From Azolla caroliniana (lineage: Eukaryota; Plantae; Polypodiophyta): a DNA stretch of 64,000 nucleotides. Position 1 is the first letter of the stretch; each line of letters begins with the position of its first letter. Where the stretch lies: contig JBHGNT010000025.1 in the NCBI GenBank assembly GCA_043228905.1, positions 468,056 through 532,055 on the forward strand. The letters run 5' to 3'. The notes beneath the pieces are model-generated. The model ran no database searches. It was not told the DNA's origin and worked only from the letters and a program-made list of their open reading frames with translations. This document shows positions 1 through 11,035 of this stretch, piece by piece. The translations under genes and the position numbers were made by a program.

Positions 1-3000
1 CCTTGAGTAAATTAAAATGTTCATACCTGGCTCGTGTGATATCGGATTTTTGTGTTCAACCATGCGAATCAAAGCTAACAACGCTACCTATGATATGGAA
101 CTAAAAAATCATGATTTTGAAACTCAGGTCAAGAGATATGAAGAAATTAGCAATGTTGAGGAGGGAGTTGAGAGGAGCCCTTGAGTACATTAAAATGTTC
201 ATACCTGGCGCGTGTGATATCTGATTTTTGTGTTCAAACATGCGAATCGAAGCTAACAACGCTAGCTATGATATGGAACTAAAAAATCATGATTTTGAAA
301 CTCAGGTCGAGAGATATGAAGAAATTAGCAATCTTGAGGAGGGAGTTGAGAGGAGCCCTTGAGTACATTAAAATGTTCATACCTGGCTCGTGTGATATCG
401 GATTTTTGTGTTCAAACATGCGAATCGAAGCTAACATTGCTAGCTATGACATGGTATTAAAAAATCAAGATTTTGAAACTCAAGTCGAGAGATATGAATA
501 AATTAGCAATCTTGAGGAGGGAGTTGAGAGGAGCCCTTGCGTAAATTAAAATGTTCATACCTGGCTCGTGTGATATCGGATTTTTGTGTTCAAACATGCG
601 AATCGAAGCTAACAATGCTAGCTATGACATGGTATTAAAAAATCAAGATTTTGAAACTCAGGTCGAGAGATATGAAGAAATTAGCAATCTTGAGGAGGGA
701 GTTGAGAGGAGCCCTTGAGTAAATTAAAATGTTCATACCTGGCTCGTGTGATATCGGATTTTTGTGTTCAAACATGCGAATCGAAGCTAACAACGCTAGC
801 TATTCTATGGAACTAAAAAATCAAGATTTTGAAATTGAGGTCGAGAGACATGAAGAAATTAGCAATCTTGAGGAGGGAGTTGAGAGGAGCCCTTGAGTAA
901 ATTAAAATGTTCATACCTGGCTCGTGTGATATCGGTTTTTTGTGTTCAAACATGAGAATCGAAGCTAAAAACGCTAGCTATGATATGGTATTCAAAAATC
1001 ATGATTTCGAAATTGAGGTCGAGAGACATGAAGAAATTAGCAATCTTGAGGAGGGAGTTGAGAGGAGCCCTTGAGTACATTAAAATGTTCATACCTGGCT
1101 CGTGTGATATCGGATTTTTGTGTTCAAACATGCGAATCGAAGCTAACAACGCTAGCTATTATATGGAACTAAAAAATCAAGATTTTGAAACTCAGGTCCA
1201 GAAATATGAAGAAATTAGCAACCTTGAGGAGGGAGTTGAGAGGAGCCCTTGAGTACATTAAAATGTTCATACCTGGCTCGTGTGATATCGGATTTTTGTG
1301 TTCAAACATGTGAATCGAAGCTAACAACGCTAGCTATTATATGGAACTAAAAAATCAAGATTTTGAAACTCAGGTCCAGAAATATGAAGAAATTAGCAAT
1401 CTTGAGGAGGGAGTTGAGAGGAGCCCTTGAGTACATTAAAATGTTCATACCTGGCTCGTGTGATATCGGATTTTTGTGTTCAAACATGTGAATCGAAGCT
1501 AACAACGCTAGCTATTCTATGGAACTAAAAAATCAAGATTTTGAAACTCAGGTCGAGAGATATGAAGAAATTAGCAATCTTGAGGAGGGAGTTGAGAGGA
1601 GCCCTTGAGTACATTAAAATGTTCATACCTGGCGCGTGTGATATCGGATTTTTGTGTTCAAACATGCGAATCGAAGCTAACAATGCTAGCTATGACATGG
1701 TATTAAAAAATCATGATTTTGAAACTCAGGTCGAGAGATATGAAGAAATTAGCAATCTTGAGGAGGGAGTTGAGAGGAGCCATTGAGTAAATTAAAATGT
1801 TCATACATGGCTCGTGTGATATCGGATTTTTGTGTTCAAACATGTGAATCGAAGTTAACAACGCTAGCTATGATATGGAACTAAAAAATCAAGATTTTGA
1901 AAGTCAGGTCGAGAGATATGAAGAAATTAGCAATCTTGAGGAGGGAGTTGAGAGGAGCCCTTGAGTACATTAAAATGTTCATACCTGGCTCGTGTGATAT
2001 CGGATTTTTGTGTTCAAACATGCGAATCGAAGCTAACATTGCTAGCTATGACATGGTATTAAAAAATCAAGATTTTGAAACTCAAGTCGAGAGATATGAA
2101 TAAATTAGCAATCTTGAGGAGGGAGTTGAGAGGAGCCCTTGCGTAAATTAAAATGTTCATACCTGGCTCGTGTGATATCGGATTTTTGTGTTCAAACATG
2201 CGAATCGAAGCTAACAATGCTAGCTATGACATGGTATTAAAAAATCAAGATTTTGAAACTCAGGTCGAGAGATATGAAGAAATTAGCAATCTTGAGGAGG
2301 GAGTTGAGAGGAGCCCTTGAGTAAATTAAAATGTTCATACCTAGCTCGTGTGATATCGGATTTTTGTGTTCAACCATGCGAATCAAAGCTAACAACGCTA
2401 CCTATGATATGGAACTAAAAAATCATGATTTTGAAACTCAGGTCAAGAGATATGAAGAAATTAGCAATGTTGAGGAGGGAGTTGAGAGGAGCCCTTGAGT
2501 ACATTAAAATGTTCATACCTGGCGCGTGTGATATCTGATTTTTGTGTTCAAACATGCGAATCGAAGCTAACAACGCTAGCTATGATATGGAACTAAAAAA
2601 TCAAGATTTTGAAAGTCAGGTCGAGAGATATGAAGAAATTAGCAATCTTGAGGAGGGAGTTGAGAGGAGCCCTTGAGTACATTAAAATGTTCATACCTGG
2701 CTCGTGTGATATCGGATTTTTGTGTTCAAACATGCGAATCGAAGCTAACATTGCTAGCTATGACATGGTATTAAAAAATCAAGATTTTGAAACTCAAGTC
2801 GAGAGATATGAATAAATTAGCAATCTTGAGGAGGGAGTTGAGAGGAGCCCTTGCGTAAATTAAAATGTTCATACCTGGCTCGTGTGATATCGGATTTTTG
2901 TGTTCAAACATGCGAATCGAAGCTAACAATGCTAGCTATGACATGGTATTAAAAAATCAAGATTTTGAAACTCAGGTCGAGAGATATGAAGAAATTAGCA

Positions 3001-6000
3001 ATCTTGAGGAGGGAGTTGAGAGGAGCCCTTGAGTAAATTAAAATGTTCATACCTAGCTCGTGTGATATCGGATTTTTGTGTTCAAACATGCGAATCGAAG
3101 CTAACAACGCTAGCTATTCTATGGAACTAAAAAATCAAGATTTTGAAATTGAGGTCGAGAGACATGAAGAAATTAGCAATCTTGAGGAGGGAGTTGAGAG
3201 GAGCCCTTGAGTAAATTAAAATGTTCATACCTGGCTCGTGTGATATCGGTTTTTTGTGTTCAAACATGAGAATCGAAGCTAAAAACGCTAGCTATGATAT
3301 GGTATTCAAAAATCATGATTTCGAAATTGAGGTCGAGAGACATGAAGAAATTAGCAATCTTGAGGAGGGAGTTGAGAGGAGCCCTTGAGTACATTAAAAT
3401 GTTCATACCTGGCTCGTGTGATATCGGATTTTTGTGTTCAAACATGCGAATCGAAGCTAACAACGCTAGCTATTATATGGAACTAAAAAATCAAGATTTT
3501 GAAACTCAGGTCCAGAAATATGAAGAAATTAGCAATCTTGAGGAGGGAGTTGAGAGGAGCCCTTGAGTACATTAAAATGTTCATACCTGGCTCGTGTGAT
3601 ATCGGATTTTTGTGTTCAAACATGTGAATCGAAGCTAACAACGCTAGCTATTATATGGAACTAAAAAATCAAGATTTTGAAACTCAGGTCCAGAAATATG
3701 AAGAAATTAGCAATCTTGAGGAGGGAGTTGAGAGGAGCCCTTGAGTACATTAAAATGTTCATACCTGGCGCGTGTGATATCGGATTTTTGTGTTCAAACA
3801 TGCGAATCGAAGCTAACAACGCTAGCTATTATATGGAACTAAAAAATCAAGATTTTGAAACTCAGGTCGAGAGATATGAAGAAATTAGCAATCTTGAGGA
3901 GGGAGTTGAGAGGAGCCCTTGAGTACATTAAAATGTTCATACCTGGCTCGTGTGATATCGGATTTTTGTGTTCAAACATGCGAATCGAAGCTAACAATGC
4001 TAGCTATGACATGGTATTAAAAAATCAAGATTTTGAAACTCAAGTCGAGAGATATGAAGAAATTAGCAATCTTGAGGAGGGAGTTGAGAGGAGCCCTTGA
4101 GTACATTAAAATGTTCATACCTGGCGCGTGTGATATCGGATTTTTGTGTTCAAACATGCGAATCGAAGCTAACAACGCTAGCTATTATATGGAACTAAAA
4201 AATCAAGATTTTGAAACTCAGGTCCAGAAATATGAAGAAATTAGCAATCTTGAGGAGGGAGTTGAGAGGAGCCCTTGAGTACATTTAAATGTTCATACCT
4301 GGCTCGTGTGATATCGGATTTTTGTGTTCAAACATGCGAATCGAAGCTAACAATGCTAGCTATAACATGGTATTAAAAAATCAAGATTTTGAAACTCAAG
4401 TCGAGAGATATGAAGAAATTAGCAATCTTGAGGAGGGAGTTGAGAGGAGCCCTTGAGTAAATTAAAATGTTCATACCTGGCTCGTGTGATATCGGATTTT
4501 TGTGTTCAACCATGCGAATCAAAGCTAACAACGCTACCTATGATATGGAACTAAAAAATCATGATTTTGAAACTCAGGTCAAGAGATATGAAGAAATTAG
4601 CAATGTTGAGGAGGGAGTTGAGAGGAGCCCTTGAGTACATTAAAATGTTCATACCTGGCGCGTGTGATATCTGATTTTTGTGTTCAAACATGCGAATCGA
4701 AGCTAACAACGCTAGCTATGATATGGAACTAAAAAATCATGATTTTGAAACTCAGGTCGAGAGATATGAAGAAATTAGCAATCTTGAGGAGGGAGTTGAG
4801 AGGAGCCCTTGAGTACATTAAAATGTTCATACCTGGCTCGTGTGATATCGGATTTTTGTGTTCAAACATGCGAATCGAAGCTAACATTGCTAGCTATGAC
4901 ATGGTATTAAAAAATCAAGATTTTGAAACTCAAGTCGAGAGATATGAATAAATTAGCAATCTTGAGGAGGGAGTTGAGAGGAGCCCTTGCGTAAATTAAA
5001 ATGTTCATACCTGGCTCGTGTGATATCGGATTTTTGTGTTCAAACATGCGAATCGAAGCTAACAATGCTAGCTATGACATGGTATTAAAAAATCAAGATT
5101 TTGAAACTCAGGTCGAGAGATATGAAGAAATTAGCAATCTTGAGGAGGGAGTTGAGAGGAGCCCTTGAGTAAATTAAAATGTTCATACCTGGCTCGTGTG
5201 ATATCGGATTTTTGTGTTCAAACATGCGAATCGAAGCTAACAACGCTAGCTATTCTATGGAACTAAAAAATCAAGATTTTGAAATTGAGGTCGAGAGACA
5301 TGAAGAAATTAGCAATCTTGAGGAGGGAGTTGAGAGGAGCCCTTGAGTAAATTAAAATGTTCATACCTGGCTCGTGTGATATCGGTTTTTTGTGTTCAAA
5401 CATGAGAATCGAAGCTAAAAACGCTAGCTATGATATGGTATTCAAAAATCATGATTTCGAAATTGAGGTCGAGAGACATGAAGAAATTAGCAATCTTGAG
5501 GAGGGAGTTGAGAGGAGCCCTTGAGTACATTAAAATGTTCATACCTGGCTCGTGTGATATCGGATTTTTGTGTTCAAACATGCGAATCGAAGCTAACAAC
5601 GCTAGCTATTATATGGAACTAAAAAATCAAGATTTTGAAACTCAGGTCCAGAAATATGAAGAAATTAGCAACCTTGAGGAGGGAGTTGAGAGGAGCCCTT
5701 GAGTACATTAAAATGTTCATACCTGGCTCGTGTGATATCGGATTTTTGTGTTCAAACATGTGAATCGAAGCTAACAACGCTAGCTATTATATGGAACTAA
5801 AAAATCAAGATTTTGAAACTCAGGTCCAGAAATATGAAGAAATTAGCAATCTTGAGGAGGGAGTTGAGAGGAGCCCTTGAGTACATTAAAATGTTCATAC
5901 CTGGCTCGTGTGATATCGGATTTTTGTGTTCAAACATGTGAATCGAAGCTAACAACGCTAGCTATTCTATGGAACTAAAAAATCAAGATTTTGAAACTCA

Positions 6001-7985
6001 GGTCGAGAGATATGAAGAAATTAGCAATCTTGAGGAGGGAGTTGAGAGGAGCCCTTGAGTACATTAAAATGTTCATACCTGGCGCGTGTGATATCGGATT
6101 TTTGTGTTCAAACATGCGAATCGAAGCTAACAATGCTAGCTATGACATGGTATTAAAAAATCATGATTTTGAAACTCAGGTCGAGAGATATGAAGAAATT
6201 AGCAATCTTGAGGAGGGAGTTGAGAGGAGCCATTGAGTAAATTAAAATGTTCATACATGGCTCGTGTGATATCGGATTTTTGTGTTCAAACATGTGAATC
6301 GAAGTTAACAACGCTAGCTATGATATGGAACTAAAAAATCAAGATTTTGAAAGTCAGGTCGAGAGATATGAAGAAATTAGCAATCTTGAGGAGGGAGTTG
6401 AGAGGAGCCCTTGAGTACATTAAAATGTTCATACCTGGCTCGTGTGATATCGGATTTTTGTGTTCAAACATGCGAATCGAAGCTAACATTGCTAGCTATG
6501 ACATGGTATTAAAAAATCAAGATTTTGAAACTCAAGTCGAGAGATATGAATAAATTAGCAATCTTGAGGAGGGAGTTGAGAGGAGCCCTTGCGTAAATTA
6601 AAATGTTCATACCTGGCTCGTGTGATATCGGATTTTTGTGTTCAAACATGCGAATCGAAGCTAACAATGCTAGCTATGACATGGTATTAAAAAATCAAGA
6701 TTTTGAAACTCAGGTCGAGAGATATGAAGAAATTAGCAATCTTGAGGAGGGAGTTGAGAGGAGCCCTTGAGTAAATTAAAATGTTCATACCTAGCTCGTG
6801 TGATATCGGATTTTTGTGTTCAACCATGCGAATCAAAGCTAACAACGCTACCTATGATATGGAACTAAAAAATCATGATTTTGAAACTCAGGTCAAGAGA
6901 TATGAAGAAATTAGCAATGTTGAGGAGGGAGTTGAGAGGAGCCCTTGAGTACATTAAAATGTTCATACCTGGCGCGTGTGATATCTGATTTTTGTGTTCA
7001 AACATGCGAATCGAAGCTAACAACGCTAGCTATGATATGGAACTAAAAAATCAAGATTTTGAAAGTCAGGTCGAGAGATATGAAGAAATTAGCAATCTTG
7101 AGGAGGGAGTTGAGAGGAGCCCTTGAGTACATTAAAATGTTCATACCTGGCTCGTGTGATATCGGATTTTTGTGTTCAAACATGCGAATCGAAGCTAACA
7201 TTGCTAGCTATGACATGGTATTAAAAAATCAAGATTTTGAAACTCAAGTCGAGAGATATGAATAAATTAGCAATCTTGAGGAGGGAGTTGAGAGGAGCCC
7301 TTGCGTAAATTAAAATGTTCATACCTGGCTCGTGTGATATCGGATTTTTGTGTTCAAACATGCGAATCGAAGCTAACAATGCTAGCTATGACATGGTATT
7401 AAAAAATCAAGATTTTGAAACTCAGGTCGAGAGATATGAAGAAATTAGCAATCTTGAGGAGGGAGTTGAGAGGAGCCCTTGAGTAAATTAAAATGTTCAT
7501 ACCTAGCTCGTGTGATATCGGATTTTTGTGTTCAAACATGCGAATCGAAGCTAACAACGCTAGCTATTCTATGGAACTAAAAAATCAAGATTTTGAAATT
7601 GAGGTCGAGAGACATGAAGAAATTAGCAATCTTGAGGAGGGAGTTGAGAGGAGCCCTTGAGTAAATTAAAATGTTCATACCTGGCTCGTGTGATATCGGT
7701 TTTTTGTGTTCAAACATGAGAATCGAAGCTAAAAACGCTAGCTATGATATGGTATTCAAAAATCATGATTTCGAAATTGAGGTCGAGAGACATGAAGAAA
7801 TTAGCAATCTTGAGGAGGGAGTTGAGAGGAGCCCTTGAGTACATTAAAATGTTCATACCTGGCTCGTGTGATATCGGATTTTTGTGTTCAAACATGCGAA
7901 TCGAAGCTAACAACGCTAGCTATTATATGGAACTAAAAAATCAAGATTTTGAAACTCAGGTCCAGAAATATGAAGAAATTAGCAA
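1..7985 (+). repeat. Higher-order duplication at a 25-monomer (4450 bp) offset: 1..3535 recurs at 4451..7985, with an internal 13-monomer (2314 bp) periodicity
   Basis: Identical ORF translations at +4450 (289/4739, 980/5430, 1541/5991, 1897/6347, 2609/7059, 3294/7744). The first mismatch seen is 3536 (T) vs 7986 (C). The +2314 offset is shown by 980/3294, 5430/7744 and 5991/8305. Confidence 0.92.
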
Positions 7986-9479
7986 CCTTGAGGAGGGAGT
8001 TGAGAGGAGCCCTTGAGTACATTAAAATGTTCATACCTGGCTCGTGTGATCTCGGATTTTTGTGTTCAAACATGTGAATCGAAGCTAACAACGCTAGCTA
8101 TTATATGGAACTAAAAAATCAAGATTTTGAAACTCAGGTCCAGAAATATGAAGAAATTAGCAATCTTGAGGAGGGAGTTGAGAGGAGCCCTTGAGTACAT
8201 TAAAATGTTCATACCTGGCTCGTGTGATATCGGATTTTTGTGTTCAAACATGTGAATCGAAGCTAACAACGCTAGCTATTCTATGGAACTAAAAAATCAA
8301 GATTTTGAAACTCAGGTCGAGAGATATGAAGAAATTAGCAATCTTGAGGAGGGAGTTGAGAGGAGCCCTTGAGTACATTAAAATGTTCATACCTGGCGCG
8401 TGTGATATCGGATTTTTGTGTTCAAACATGCGAATCGAAGCTAACAATGCTAGCTATGACATGGTATTAAAAAATCATGATTTTGAAACTCAGGTCGAGA
8501 GATATGAAGAAATTAGCAATCTTGAGGAGGGAGTTGAGAGGAGCCATTGAGTAAATTAAAATGTTCATACATGGCTCGTGTGATATCGGTTTTTTGTGTT
8601 CAAACATGAGAATCGAAGCTAAAAACGCTAGCTATGATATGGTATTCAAAAATCATGATTTCGAAATTGAGGTCGAGAGACATGAAGAAATTAGCAATCT
8701 TGAGGAGGGAGTTGAGAGGAGCCCTTGAGTACATTAAAATGTTCATACCTGGCTCGTGTGATATCGGATTTTTGTGTTCAAACATGCGAATCGAAGCTAA
8801 CAACGCTAGCTATTATATGGAACTAAAAAATCAAGATTTTGAAACTCAGGTCCAGAAATATGAAGAAATTAGCAACCTTGAGGAGGGAGTTGAGAGGAGC
8901 CCTTGAGTACATTAAAATGTTCATACCTGGCTCGTGTGATATCGGATTTTTGTGTTCAAACATGTGAATCGAAGCTAACAACGCTAGCTAGTATATGGAA
9001 CTAAAAAATCAAGATTTTGAAACTCAGGTCCAGAAATATGAAGAAATTAGCAATCTTGAGGAGGGAGTTGAGAGGAGCCCTTGAGTACATTAAAATGTTC
9101 ATACCTGGCTCGTGTGATATCGGATTTTTGTGTTCAAACATGTGAATCGAAGCTAACAACGCTAGCTATTCTATGGAACTAAAAAATCAAGATTTCGAAA
9201 CTCAGGTCGAGAGATATGAAGAAATTAGCAATCTTGAGGAGGGAGTTGAGAGGAGCCCTTGAGTACATTAAAATGTTCATACCTGGCGCGTGTGATATCG
9301 GATTTTTGTGTTCAAACATGCGAATCGAAGCTAACAATGCTAGCTATGACATGGTATTAAAAAATCATGATTTTGAAACTCAGGTCGAGAGATATGAAGA
9401 AATTAGCAATCTTGAGGAGGGAGTTGAGAGGAGCCATTGAGTAAATTAAAATGTTCATACATGGCTCGTGTGATATCGG
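7682..9479 (+). repeat. Tandem 5-monomer (890 bp) duplication
   Basis: ORFs 7744/8634 and 7710/8600 are offset by 890. The same succession of monomer variants occurs twice, with private SNPs at 8051, 8991 and 9196. Confidence 0.85.
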
Positions 9480-10330
9480 ATTTTTGTGTTCAAACATGTG
9501 AATCGAAGTTAACAACGCTAGCTATTCTATGGAACTAAAAAATCAAGATTTTGAAACTCAGGTCGAGAGATATGAAGAAATTAGCAATCTCGAGGAGGGA
9601 GTTGAGAGGAGCCCTTGAGTACATTAAAATGTTCATACCTGGCGCGTGTGATATCGGATTTTTGTGTTCAAACATGCGAATCGAAGCTAACAATGCTAGC
9701 TATGACATGGTATTAAAAAATCAAGATTTTGAAACTCAGGTCGAGAGATATGAAGAAATTAGCAATCTTGAGGAGGGAGTTGAGAGGAGCCCTTGAGTAC
9801 ATTAAAATGTTCATACCTGGCGCGTGTGATATCGGATTTTTGTGTTCAAACATGCGAATCGAAGCTAACAATGCTAGCTATGACATGGTATTAAAAAATC
9901 ATGATTTTGAAACTCAGGTCGAGAGATATGAAGAAATTAGCAATCTTGAGGAGGGAGTTGAGAGGAGCCATTGAGTAAATTAAAATGTTCATACATGGCT
10001 CGTGTGATATCGGATTTTTGTGTTCAAACATGTGAATCGAAGTTAACAACGCTAGCTATTCTATGGAACTAAAAAATCAAGATTTTGAAACTCAGGTCGA
10101 GAGATATGAAGAAATTAGCAATCTCGAGGAGGGAGTTGAGAGGAGCCCTTGAGTACATTAAAATGTTCATACCTGGCGCGTGTGATATCGGATTTTTGTG
10201 TTCAAACATGCGAATCGAAGCTAACAATGCTAGCTATGACATGGTATTAAAAAATCAAGATTTTGAAACTCAGGTCGAGAGATATGAAGAAATTAGCAAT
10301 CTTGAGGAGGGAGTTGAGAGGAGCCCTTGA
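9257..10330 (+). repeat. Tandem 3-monomer (534 bp) duplication
   Basis: The rare CTCGAG variant is at 9589 and 10123 (+534). ORFs 9551/10085 are identical. Confidence 0.85.
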
Positions 10331-10858
10331 GTAAATTAAAATGTTCATACCTGGCTCGTGTGATATCGGATTTTTGTGTTCAACCATGCGAATCAAAGCT
10401 AACAACGCTACCTATGATATGGAACTAAAAAATCATGATTTTGAAACTCAGGTCAAGAGATATGAAGAAATTAGCAATGTTGAGGAGGGAGTTGAGAGGA
10501 GCCCTTGAGTACATTAAAATGTTCATACCTGGCGCGTGTGATATCTGATTTTTGTGTTCAAACATGCGAATCGAAGCTAACAACGCTAGCTATTATATGG
10601 AACTAAAAAGTCAAGATTTTGAAACTAAGGTCGAGAGATATGAAGAAATTAGCAATCTTGAGGAGGGAGTTGAGAGGAGCCCTTGAGTACATTAAAATGT
10701 TCATACCTGGCGCGTGTGATATCGGATGTTTGTGTTCAAACATGCGAATCGAAGCTAACAACGCAAGCTATGACATGGTATTAAAAAATCAAGATTTTGA
10801 AAATCAAGTCGAGAGACATAACGAAATTACCTAATTTGAGGAGTGAGTTGAGAAGACC

Positions 10859-11035
10859 TAGTAGGTAAATTAAAATGTTCATACCTGGCTCGTGTGATAT
10901 CGGATTTTTGTGTTCAAACATGCGAATCGAAGCTAACAACGCTAGTTATTCTATGGAACTAAAAAATCAAATTTTGAAACTCAGGTCGAGAAATATGAAG
11001 AAATTAGCAATCTTGAGGAGGGAGTTGAGAGGAGC
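10859..11035 (+). repeat. Single 177-bp monomer (1-bp deletion of G between 10970 and 10971)
   Basis: It reads AAAAAATCAA^ATTTTGAAAC instead of AAAAAATCAAGATTTTGAAAC. The ORF offset 10619->11330 is 711 = 4x178-1. Confidence 0.95.

Noticed and set aside
158-177. AGGAGG Shine-Dalgarno-like motif and possible G-quadruplex or H-DNA in GAGGAGGGAGTTGAGAGGAG
   Set aside because: There is no credible gene downstream. Only three G-runs of two or more are present, and the mirror symmetry is just 6 bp and interrupted by TT.
1-178. Identity with Arabidopsis CEN178/CEN180, Brassica CentBr or primate alpha satellite (CENP-B box)
   Set aside because: Only the length is similar. I recognise none of their sequence motifs here (judged from memory, not from a search).
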